The notes under the pieces: generated by a model
Told to the model about the DNA's origin: nothing
Database searches by the model: none
What the model saw: only the letters and a program-made list of their open reading frames with translations
Assembly (NCBI GenBank): GCA_951406725.2
Contig: OX597830.1
Coordinates: 1,798,001-1,862,000, forward strand
Direction: 5' to 3'
DNA length: 64,000 bases
Source of the DNA: Octopus vulgaris
Lineage: Eukaryota
Translations under genes and position numbers: made by a program
Part shown: positions 51,401-64,000 of the stretch, piece after piece
Numbering within the stretch: the stretch's first letter is position 1
Layout of the letters: each line of letters begins with the position of its first letter

Positions 51401-54400
51401 ATTGAAATTTGATTGCAAAGAATTCAAATTTGATTGCAAAGAAATCAAATTTGATTGCAAAGAATTCAAATTTGATTGCAAAGAGTTCAAATATGATTGC
51501 AAAGAATTCAAATTTGATTGCAAAGAAATCAAATTTGATTGCAAAGAAATCAAATTTGATTGCAAAGAATTCAAATTTGATTGCAAAGAATTCAAATTTG
51601 ATTGCAAAGAATTCAAATTTGATTGCAAAGAATTCAAATTTGATTGCAAAGAGTTCAAATTTGATTGGAAAGAATTCAAATTTGACTACAAAGAATTCAA
51701 ATTTGATTGCAAAGAATTCAAATTTGATTGCAAAGAATTCTAATTTGATTGGAATGATTGCAAAGAATTCAAATTTGATTGCAAAGAATTCAAATTTGAT
51801 TACAAAGAATTCAAATATGATTGCAAAGAATTCAAATTTGATTGCAAAAATTTAAATTTGATTGCAAAGAATTCAAATTTGATTGCAAAGAATTCAAATT
51901 TGATTGCAAAGAATTCAAATTTGATTGCAAAGAATTCAAATTTGATTGCAAAGAATTCAAATTTGATTACAAAGAATTCAAATATGATTGCAAAGAATTC
52001 AAATTTGATTGCAAAGAATTTAAATTTGATTGCAAAGAATTCAAATTTGATTGCAAAGATTTATAATTTGATTGCAAAGAATCAAATTTGATTGCAAAGA
52101 ATTCAAATTTGATTGCAAAGAGTTCAAATTTGATTGCAAAGAATTCAAATTTGATTGCAAAGAAATCAAATTTAATTGCAAAGAAATCAAATTTGATTGC
52201 AAAGAATTCAAATTTGATTACAAAGAATTCAAATATGATTGCAAAGAATTCAAATTTGATTGCAAAGAATTCAAATTTGATTGCAAAGAATTCAAATTTG
52301 ATTACAAAGAATTCAAATATGATTGCAAAGAATTCAAATTTGATTGCAAAGAATTTAAATTTGATTGCAAAGAATTCAAATTTGATTGCAAAGAATTATA
52401 ATTTGATTGCAAAGAATCAAATTTGATTGCAAAGAATTCAAATTTGATTGCAAAGAGTTCAAATTTGATTGCAAAGAATTCAAATTTGATTGCAAAGAAA
52501 TCAAATTTGATTGCAAAGAAATCAAATTTGATTGCAAAGAATTCAAATTTGATTACAAAGAATTCAAATTTGATTGCAAAGAATTCAAATTTCATTGCAA
52601 AAAATTCAGATTTGATTGCAAAGAAATCAAATATGATTGCAAAGAATTCAAATTTGATTGCAAAGAAATCAAATTTGATTGCAAAAATTCAAATTTGATT
52701 GCAAAGAATTCAAATTTGATTGGAAAGAATTCAAATTTGACTACAAATAATTCAAATTTGATTGCAAAGAATTCAAATTTGATTGCAAAGAATTCAAATT
52801 TGATTGGAAAGAATTCAAATTTGATTGCAAAGAATTCAAATTTGATTGCAAAGAAATCAAATTTGATTGCAAAGAATTCAAATTTGATTGCAAAGAATTC
52901 AAATTTGATTGCAAAGAATTCAACTATGATTGCAAAGAATTCAAATTTGATTGCAAAGAATTCAAATTTGATTGCAAAGAATTCAAATTTGATTGCAAAG
53001 TGTTCAAATTTGATTGCAAAGAATTCAAATTTGATTGCAAAGAAATCAAATTTGATTGCAAAGAATGAAGTTTGATTGCAAAGAATTCAAATTTGATTAC
53101 AAAGAATTCAAATTTGATTACAAATAATTCATATTTGATTCCAAAGAATTCAAATTTGATTGCAAAGAATTCAAATTTGATTGCAAAGTATTCAAATTTG
53201 ATTGCAAATAATTCAAATTTGATTACAAAGAATTCAAATTTGATTGCAAAGAATACAAATTTAAATACAAAGAATTCAAATTTGATTGCAAAGAATTCAA
53301 ATTTGATTGCAAAGAATACAAATTTAATTGCAAAGAATTCAAATTTGATTGCAAAGAATTCAAATTTGATTGCAAAGAATTCAAATTTGATTGCAAAGAA
53401 TTCAAATTTGATTGCAAAGTATTCAAATTTGATTGTAAAGAATTCAAATTTGATTACAAAGAAATCAAATTTGATTGCAAATAATTCAAATTGATTGCAA
53501 AGAATTGTATTTTTGATTGCAAAGAATTCAAATTTGATTGCAAAGAATTCAAATTTGATTACAAAGAATTCAAATTTGATTGCAAAAATTCAAATTTGAT
53601 TGCAAAGAAATCAAATTTGATTGCAAAGAATTCAAATTTGATTGCAAAGAATTCAAATTTGATTGCAAAGAATTCAAATTTGATTACAAAGAATTCAAAT
53701 TTGATTGCAAAGAATTCAAATTTGATTGCAAAGAATTCAAATTTGATTGCAAAGTATTCAAATTTGATTGCAAAGAAATCAAATTTGATTACAAAGAATT
53801 CAAATTTCATTGCAAAGAATACAAATTTGATTGCAAACAATTCAAATTTGATTGCAAAGAATTCAAATTTGATTGCAAAGAATTATAATTTGATTGCAAA
53901 GAATCAAATTTGATTGCAAAGAATTCAAATTTGATAGCAAAGAGTTCAAATTTGATTGCAAAGAATTCAAATTTGATTGCAAAGAAATCAAATTTGATTG
54001 CAAAGAAATCAAATTTGATTGCAAAGAATTCAAATTTGATTACAAAGAATTCAAATTTGATTGCAAAGAATTCAAATTTGATTGCAAAAAATTCAGATTT
54101 GATTGCAAAGAAATCAAATATGATTGCAAAGAATTCAACTTTGATTGCAAAAAAATCAAATATGATTGCAAAGAATTCAAATTTGATTGCAAAGAATTCA
54201 AATTTGATTGGAAAGAATACAAATTTGACTACAAATAATTCAAATTTGATTGCAAAGAATTCAAATTTGATTGCAAAGAATTCAAATTTGATTGGAAAGA
54301 ATTAAAATTTGATTGCAAAGAATTCAAATTTGATTGCAAAGAAATCAAATTTGATTGCAAAAATTCAAATTTGATTGCAAAGAATTCAAATTTGATTGCA

Positions 54401-57400
54401 AAGAATTCAAATTTGATTGCAAAGAATTCAAATTAGATTGCAAAGAATTCAAATTTGATTGCAAAAATTCAAATTTGATTGCAAAGAGTTCAAATTTGAT
54501 TGCAAAGAATTCAAATTTGATTGCAAAGAAATAAAATTTGATTGCAAAGAAATCAAATTTAATTGCAAAAAATTCAAATTTGATTACAAAGAATTCAAAT
54601 TTGATTACAAATAATTCAAATTTGATTCCAAAGAATTCAAATTTGATTGCAAAGAATTCAAATTTGATTGCAAAGTATTCAAATTTGATTGCAAATAATT
54701 CAAATTTGATTACAAAGAATTCAAATTTGATTGCAAAGAATACAAATTTAAATACAAAGAATTCAAATTTGATTGCAAAGAATTCAAATTTGATTGCAAA
54801 GAATTCAAATTTGATTACAAAGAATTCAAATTTGATTGCAAAGAATTAAAATTTGATTGCAAAGAATTCAAATTTGATTACAAATAATTCAAATTTGATT
54901 CCAAAGAATTCAAATTTGATTGCAAAGAATTCAAATTTAATTGCAAAGAATTCAAATTTGATTGCAAAGAACTCAAATTTGATTGCAAAAATTCAAATTT
55001 GATTGCAAAGAATTCAAATTTGATTGCAAAGAATTCAACTATGATTGCAATGAATTCAAATTTGATTGCAAAGAATTCAAATTTGATTACAAAGAATTCA
55101 AATTTGATTGCAAAGAATTCAAATTTGATTGCAAAGAATTCAAATTTGATTGCAAAAATTGAAATTTGATTGCAAAGAATTCAAATTTGATTGCAAAGAA
55201 ATCAAATTTGATTGCAAAGAATTCAAATTTGATTGCAAAGAGTTCAAATATGATTGCAAAGAATTCAAATTTGATTGCAAAGAAATCAAATTTGATTGCA
55301 AAAATCAAATTTGATTGCAAAGAATTCAAATTTGATTGCAAAGAATTCAAATTTGATTGCAAAGAATTCAAATTTGATTGCAAAGAATTCAAATTTGATT
55401 GCAAAGAGTTCAAATTTGATTGGAAAGAATTCAAATTTGACTACAAAGAATTCAAATTTGATTGCAAAGAATTCAAATTTGATTGCAAAGAATTCTAATT
55501 TGATTGGAATGATTGCAAAGAATTCAAATTTGATTGCAAAGAATTCAAATTTGATTACAAAGAATTCAAATATGATTGCAAAGAATTCAAATTTGATTGC
55601 AAAGAATTTAAATTTGATTGCAAAGAATTCAAATTTGATTGCAAAGAATTCAAATTTGATTGCAAAGAATTCAAATTTGATTGCAAAGAATTCAAATTTG
55701 ATTGCAAAGAATTCAAATTTGATTACAAAGAATTCAAATATGATTGCAAAGAATTCAAATTTGATTGCAAAGAATTTAAATTTGATTGCAAAGAATTCAA
55801 ATTTGATTGCAAAGATTTATAATTTGATTGCAAAGAATCAAATTTGATTGCAAAGAATTCAAATTTGATTGCAAAGAGTTCAAATTTGATTGCAAAGAAT
55901 TCAAATTTGATTGCAAAGAAATCAAATTTGATTGCAAAGAAATCAAATTTGATTTCAAAGAAATCAAATTTGATTTCAAAGAATTCAAATTTGATTGCAA
56001 AGAATTCAAATTTCATTGCAAAAAATTCAGATTTGATTGCAAAGAATTCAAATTTGATTACAAAGAAATCAAATTTGATTGCAAAGAATTCAAATTTGAT
56101 TAGAAAGAATTCAAATTTGATTGCAAAGAATTCAAATTTGATTGCAATGAATTCAAATTTGATTGCAAAGAATTCAAATTTGATTGCAAAGAAATCAAAT
56201 TTGATTGCAAAGAATTCAAATTTGATTGCAAAGATTTCAAATTTGATTGCAAAGTATTCAAATTTGATTGCAAAGAATTCAAATTTGATTGCAAAGAATT
56301 CAAATTTGATTGCAAAGAATTCAAATTTGATTGCAAAAATTCAAATTTGATTACAAAGAATTCAAATATGATTGCAAAGAATTCAAATTTGATTGCAAAG
56401 AATTTGAATTTGATTGCAAAGAATTCAAATTTGATTGCAAAGAATTATTATTTGATTGCAAAGAATCAAATTTGATTGCAAAGAATTCAAATTTGATTGC
56501 AAAGAGTTCAAATTTGATTGCAAAGAATTCAAATTTGATTGCAAAGAAATCAAATTTGATTGCAAAGAAATCAAATTTGATTGCAAAGAATTCAAATTTG
56601 ATTACAAAGAATTCAAATTTGATTGCAAAGAATTCAAATTTCATTGCAAAAAATTCAGATTTGATTGCAAAGAAATCAAATATGATTGCAAAGAATTCAA
56701 ATTTGATTGCAAAGAAATCAAATTTGATTGCAAAGAATTCAAATTTGATTGCAAAGAATTCAAATTTGATTGGAAGAATTCAAATTTGACTACAAATAAT
56801 TCAAATTTGATTGCAAAGAATTCAAATTTGATTGCAAAGAATTCAAATTTGATTGGAAAGAATTCAAATTTGATTGCAAAGAATTCAAATTTGATTGCAA
56901 AGAAATCAAATTTGATTGCAAAGAATTCAAATTTGATTGCAAAGAATTCAAATTTGATTGCAAAGAATTCAAATTTGATTGCAAAGAATTCAAATTTGAT
57001 TGCAAAGAATTCAAATTTGATTGCAAAGAATTCAAATTTGATTGCAAAGTGTTCAAATTTGATTGCAAAGAATTCAAATTTGATTGCAAAGAAATCAAAT
57101 TTGATTGCAAAGAAATGAAGTTTGATTGCAAAGAATTCAAATTTGATTACAAAGAATTCAAATTTGATTACAAATAATTCATATTTGATTCCAAAGAATT
57201 CAAATTTGATTGCAAAGAATTCAAATTTGATTGCAAAGTATTCAAATTTGATTGCAAATAATTCAAATTTGATTACAAAGAATTCAAATTTGATTGCAAA
57301 GAATACAAATTTAAATACAAAGAATTCAAATTTGATTGCAAAGAATTCAAATTTGATTGCAAAGAATACAAATTTAATTGCAAAGAATTCAAATTTGATT

Positions 57401-60400
57401 GCAAAGAATTCAAATTTGATTGCAAAGAATTCAAATTTGATTGCAAAGAATTCAAATTTGATTGCAAAGTATTCAAATTTGATTGTAAAGAATTCAAATT
57501 TGATTACAAAGAAATCAAATTTGATTGCAAATAATTCAAATTGATTGCAAAGAATTGTATTTTTGATTGCAAAGAATTCAAATTTGATTGCAAAGAATTC
57601 AAATTTGATTACAAAAATTCAAATTTGATTGCAAAAATTCAAATTTGATTGCAAAAAATCAAATTTGATTGCAAAGAATTCAAATTTGATTGCAAAGAAT
57701 TCAAATTTGATTGCAAAGAATTCAAATTTAATTGCACAGAATGCAAATTTGATTGCAAAGAATACAAATTTGATTGCAACGAATTCAAATTTGATTGCAA
57801 AGAATTCAAATTTGATTGCAATGAATTCAAATTTGATTGCAAAGAAATCAAATTTGATTGCAAAGAATTCAAATTTGATTGCAAAGTATTCAAATTTGAT
57901 TGCAAAGAAATCAAATTTGATTACAAAGAATTCAAATTTGATTGCAAAGAATTCAAATTTGATTGCAAAGAATTCAAATTTGATTGCAAAGAATTCAAAT
58001 TTGATTGCAAAGAATTCAAATTTGATTGCAAAGAATTCAAATTTGATAGCAAAGAATTCAAATTTGATTGCAAAGAATTCATATTTGATTGCAAAGAATT
58101 CAAATTTGATTGCAAAGAATTCAAATTTGATTGCAAAGAGTTCAAATTTGATTGGAAAGAATTCAAATTTGACTACAAAAATTCAAATTTGATTGCAAAG
58201 AATTCAAATTTGATTGCAAAGAATTCTAATTTGATTGGAAAGAATTCAAATTTGATTGCAAAGAATTCAAATTTGATTGCAAAGAATTCCAATTTGATTG
58301 CAAAGAATTCAAATTTGATAGCAAAGAATTCAAATTTGATTGCAGAGAATTCAAATTTGATTGCAAAGAATTCAAATTTGATTGCAAAGAATTCAAATTT
58401 GATTGCAAAGAGTTCAAATTTGATTGGAAAGAATTCAAATTTGACTACAAAGAATTCAAATTTGATTGCAAAGAATTCAAATTTGATTGCAAAGAATTCT
58501 AATTTGATTGGAAAGAATTCAAATTTGATTGCAAAGAATTCAAATTTGATTGCAAAGAATTCAAATTTGATTGCAAAGAATTCAAATTTGATTCCAAAGA
58601 AATCAAATTTGATTGCAATGAAATCAAATTTGATTGCAAAGAATTCAAATTTGATTACAAAGAATTCAAATTTGATTACAAAGAATTCAAATTTGATAGC
58701 AAAGAATTCAAATTTGTTTGCAAAAAATTCAAATTTGATTACAAAGAATTCAAGTTTGATTGCAAAGAATTCAAATTTGATTAGAAAGAATTCAAATTTG
58801 ATTGCAAAAAATTCAAATTTGATTGCAAAGAATTCAAATTTGATTGCAAAGAATTCAAATTTGATTGGAAAGAATTCAAATTTGATTGCAAAGAAATCAA
58901 ATTTGATTGCAAAGAATTCAAATTTGATTGCAAAGAATTCAAATTTGATTGGAAAGTATTCAAATTTGACTACAAATAATTCAAATTTGATTTCAAAGAA
59001 TTCAAATTTGATTGCAAAGAATTCAAATTTGATTGGAATGAATTCAAATTTGACTACAAATAATTCAAATTTGATTGCAAAGAATTCAAATTTGATTGCA
59101 AAGAATTTAAATTTGATTGCAAAGAATTCAAATTTGATTGCAAAGAATTCAAATTTGATTGCAAAGAATTCCAATTTGATTGCAAAGCATTCAAATTTGA
59201 TTTCAAAGAATTCAAATTTGATTGCAAAGAATTCAAATTTGATTGCAAAGAATTCAAATTTGATTGCAAAGAATTCAAATTTGATTGCAAAGAGTTCAAA
59301 TTTGATTGGAAAGAATTCAAATTTGACTACAAAGAATTCAAATTTGATTGCAAAGAATTCAAATTTGATTGCAAAGAATTCTAATTTGATTGGAAAGAAT
59401 TCAAATTTGATTGCAAAGAATTCAAATTTGATTGCAAAGAATTCAAATTTGATTGCAAAGAATTCAAATTTGATTACAAAGAATTCAAATTTGATTACAA
59501 AGAATTCAAATTTGATAGCAAAGAATTCAAATTTGATTACAAAGAATTCAAATTTGATTGCAAAGAATTCAAATATGATTGCAAAGAATTCAAATATGTT
59601 TGCAAAGAATTCAAATTTGATTGCAAAGAATTCTAATTTGATTGTAAATTATTCAAATATGCTTGCAAAGAATTCAAATTTGATGGCAAAGAATTCAAAC
59701 TTGATTGCAAAGAATTTAAATTTGATTGCAAAGAATTCAAATATGATTTCAAAGAATTCAAATTTGTTTGCAAAGAATTCTAATTTGATTGCAAAGTATT
59801 CAAATATGATTGCAAAGAATTCAAATTTGATGGCAAAGAATTCAAATTTGATTGCAAAGAATTCAAATTTGATTGTAAAGAATTCAAATATGATTGCAAA
59901 GAATTCAAATTTGATTGCAAAGAATTCAAATATGATTGCAAAGAATTCAAATATGATTGCAAAGAATTCTAATTTGATTGCAAAGGATTCAAATTTGATT
60001 GCAAACAATTCAAATTTGATTGTGAAGAATTCTAATTTGATTGCAAAGAATTCAGATTTGATTGCAAAGAATTCAAATTTGATTGCAAAGAATTCAAATT
60101 TGATTGCAAAGTATTCAAATTTGATTGCAAAGAGTTTAAATTTGATTGGAAAGAATTCAAATTTGACTACAAAGAATTCAAATTTGATTGCAAAGAATTC
60201 AAATTTGATTGCAAAGAATTCTAATTTGATTGGAAAGAATTCAAATTTGATTGCAAAGAATTCAAATTTGATTGCAAAGAATTCAAATTTGATTGCAAAG
60301 AATTCAAATTTGATTGCAAAGAAATCAAATTTGATTGCAATGAAATCAAATTTGATTGCAAAGAATTCAAATTTGATTACAAAGAATTCAAATTTGATTA

Positions 60401-63400
60401 CAAAGAATTCAAATTTGATAGCAAAGAATTCAAATTTGATTACAAAGAATTCAAATTTGATTGCAAAGAATTCAAATATGATTGCAAAGAATTCAAATAT
60501 GTTTGCAAAGAATTCAAATTTGATTGCAAAGAATTCTAATTTGATTGTAAATTATTCAAATATGCTTGCAAAGAATTCAAATTTGATGGCAAAGAATTCA
60601 AATTTGATTGCAAAGAATTTAAATTTGATTGCTAAGAATTCAAATATGATTTCAAAGAATTCAAATTTGTTTGCAAAGAATTCTAATTTGATTGCAAAGT
60701 ATTCAAATATGATTGCAAAGAATTCAAATTTGATGGCAAAGAATTCAAATTTGATTGCAAAGAATTCAAATTTGATTGTAAAGAATTCAAATATGATTGC
60801 AAAGAATTCAAATTTGATTGCAAAGAATTCAAATATGATTGCAAAGAATTCTAATTTGATTACAAAGAAATCAAATTTGATTGCAAAGAAATCAAATTTG
60901 ATTGCAAAGAATTCAAATTTGATTACAAAGATTTCAAATTTGATTACAAAGAATTCAAATTTGATTGCAAAGAATTCAAATTTGTTTGCAAAGAATTCAA
61001 ATTTGATTGCAAAAAATTCAGATTTGATTACAAAGAATTCAAATTTGATTACAAAGAAATCAAATTTGATTGCAAAGAATTCAAATTTGTTTGCAAAGAA
61101 TTCAAATTTGATTGCAAAGAATTCAAATTTGATTGCAAAGAATTCAAATTTGCAAAGAATTCAAATTTGATTTCAAAGAATTCAAATTTGATTGCAAAGA
61201 ATTCAAATTTGATTGGAAAGTATTCAAATTTGATTGCAAAGAATTCAAATTTGATTGCAAAGAATTCAAATTTGATTACAAAGAATTCAAATTTGATTGC
61301 AAAGAATTCAAATTTAATTGCAAAGAATTCAAATTTGATTGCAAAGAATTCAAATTTGATTGCAAAGAATTCAAATTTGATTGGAAAGAATTCAAATTTG
61401 ATTGCAAAGAATTCAAATTTGATTGCAAAGAAATCAAATTTGATTGCAAAGAATTCAAATTTTATTGCAAAGAATTCAAATTTGATTACAAAGAAATCAA
61501 ATTTGATTGCAAAGAAATCAAATTTGATTGCAAAGAATACAAATTTGATTACAAAGAATTCAAATTTGATTACGAAGAATTCAAATTTGATTGCAAAGAA
61601 TTCAAATTTGTTTGCAAAGAATTCAAATTTGATTGCAAAGAATTCAAATTTGATTACAAAGAATTCAAATTTGATTGCAAAGAATTCAAATTTGATTGCA
61701 AAGAATTCAAATTTGATTGCAAAGAATTCAAATTTGATTGCAAAGTATTTAAATTTGATTACAAAGAATTCAAATTTGATTGCAAAGAATTCAAATTTAA
61801 TTGCAAAGAAATCAAATTTGATTGGAAAGAATTCAAATTTGATTACAAAGATTTCAAATTTGATTACAAAGAATTGAAATTTGATTGCAAAGAATTCAAA
61901 TTTGTTTGCAAAGAATTCAAATTTGATTGCAAAGAATTCAAATTTGATTACAAAGAATTCAAATTTGATTCAAAGAATTCAAATTTGATTGCAAAGAATT
62001 CAAATTTGATTGCAAAGAATTCAAATTTGATTGCAAAGAATTCAAATTTGATTGCAAAGAATTCAAATTTGATAGCAAAGAATTCAAATTTGATTACAAA
62101 GAATTCAAATTTGATTGCAAAGAATTCAAATATGATTGCAAAGAATTCATATATGTTTGCAAAGAATTCAAATTTGATTGCAAAGAATTCTAATTTGATT
62201 GTAAATTATTCAAATATGCTTGCAAAGAATTCAAATTTGATGGCAAAGAATTCAAATTTGATTGCAAAGAATTTAAATTTGATTGCTAAGAATTCAAATA
62301 TGATTTCAAAGAATTCAAATTTGATTACAAAGAATTCAAATTTGATAGCAAAGAATTCAAATTTGATTACAAATAATTCAAATTTGATTGCAAAGAATTC
62401 AAATTTGATTGCAAAGAATTCAAATATGTTTTCAAAGAATTCAAATTTGATTGCAAAGAATTCTAATTTGATTGTAAATTATTCAAATATGCTTGCAAAG
62501 AATTCAAATTTGATGGCAAAGAATTCAAATTTGATTGCAAAGAATTTAAATTTGATTGCAAAGAATTCAAATATGATTTCAAAGAATTCAAATTTGTTTG
62601 CAAAGAATTCTAATTTGATTGCAAAGTATTCAAATATGATTGCAAAGAATTCAAATTTGATGGCAAAGAATTCAAATTTGATTGCAAAGAATTCAAATTT
62701 GATTGTAAAGAATTTAAATATGATTGCAAAGAATTCAAATTTGATTGCAAAGAATTCAAATATGATTGCAAAGAATTCAAATATGATTGCAAAGAATTCT
62801 AATTTGATTGCAAAGGATTCAAATTTGATTGCAAACAATTCAAATTTGATTGTGAAGAATTCTAATTTGATTGCAAAGAATTCAGATTTGATTGCAAAGA
62901 AATCAAATTTGATTGCAAAGAATTCAAATTTGATTGCAAAGTATTCAAATTTGATTGCGAAGAATTCGAATTTGATTGCAAAGAATTCAAAATTGATTGC
63001 AAAGAATTCTAATTTGATTGCAAAGTATTCAGATTTGATTGCAAAGAATTCAAATTTGATTGCAAAGAATTCAAATTTGATTGCAAAGAATTCTAATTTG
63101 ATTGCAAAGAATTCAAATTTGATTGCAAAGAATTCAAATTTGATTGCAAAGTGTTCTAATTTGATTGCAAAGAATTCAAATATGATTGCAAAGTATTCAA
63201 ATTTGATTGCAAAGAATTCAAATTTGATGGCAAAGAATTCAAATTTGATTGCAAAGGATTCAAATTTGATTGCAAAGTATTCAAATATGATTGCAAAGAA
63301 TTCAAGTTTGATTGCAAAGAATTCAAATTTGATTAGAAAGAATTCAAATTTGATTGCAAAAAATTCAAATTTGATTGCAAAGAATTCAAATTTGATTGCA

Positions 63401-64000
63401 AAGAATTCAAATTTGATTGGAAAGAATTCAAATTTGATTGCAAAGAAATCAAATTTGATTGCAAAGAATTCAAATTTGATTGCAAAGAATTCAAATTTGA
63501 TTGGAAAGTATTCAAATTTGACTACAAATAATTCAAATTTGATTTCAAAGAATTCAAATTTGATTGCAAAGAATTCAAATTTGATTGGAATGAATTCAAA
63601 TTTGACTACAAATAATTCAAATTTGATTGCAAAGAATTCAAATTTGATTGCAAAGAATTTAAATTTGATTGCAAAGAATTCAAATTTGATTGCAAAGAAT
63701 TCAAATTTGATTGCAAAGAATTCAAATTTGATTGCAAAGCATTCAAATTTGATTTCAAAGAATTCAAATTTGATTGCAAAGAATTCAAATTTGATTGCAA
63801 AGAATTCAAATTTGATTGCAAAGAATTCAAATTTGATTGCAAAGAGTTCAAATTTGATTGGAAAGAATTCAAATTTGACTACAAAGAATTCAAATTTGAT
63901 TGCAAAGAATTCAAATTTGATTGCAAAGAATTCTAATTTGATTGGAAAGAATTCAAATTTGATTGCAAAGAATTCAAATTTGATTGCAAAGAATTCAAAT
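45432..64000. repeat. 21-bp satellite DNA, consensus AATTCAAATTTGATTGCAAAG, more than 18.5 kb (about 880 monomers), continuing past the window end
   Basis: Read directly. Single orientation, point variants and 1-nt deletions, kb-scale higher-order duplications. Confidence 0.99.

Noticed and set aside
57649-61170. 1173-aa (NSNLIAK)n ORF and the many similar ORFs at 45.4-64 kb
   Set aside because: Translations of a 21-bp satellite open in several frames. Stops and frameshifts are scattered elsewhere in the array, and substitutions show no synonymous bias.
45432-64000. CRISPR-like array of palindromic repeats
   Set aside because: No unique spacers, no cas genes, and an animal genomic context.

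Overview
Animal, AT-rich, repeat-dominated genomic DNA. The SINE and RTE repeat set and microsatellite density suggest an octopus-like cephalopod (recognition only, not searched). No intact protein-coding gene is supported, and all long ORFs in the track are translations of tandem repeats. 0-37 kb holds tRNA-derived SINEs, RTE-LINE fragments, two dead mariner transposons, microsatellites and a probable decayed multi-exon gene on the minus strand (about 7.3-18.8 kb). Most notable is a set of unrelated short non-coding fold-back elements inserted in (TA)n tracts. They carry minimal type I hammerhead ribozyme motifs (3 with complete catalytic cores, several decayed) and have the inverted-5'/sense-3' layout of Penelope-like elements or retrozymes. 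Two of them show circularly permuted units (454 and 529 nt). 37.6-42.1 kb is an 18-bp GAAG(G/A)TGGTGGTGGTGGT minisatellite. 45.4-64 kb (open-ended) is a 21-bp satellite with higher-order repeats. It grows directly out of one arm of a fold-back element, and the other arm still holds the un-amplified seed of about 2 copies.
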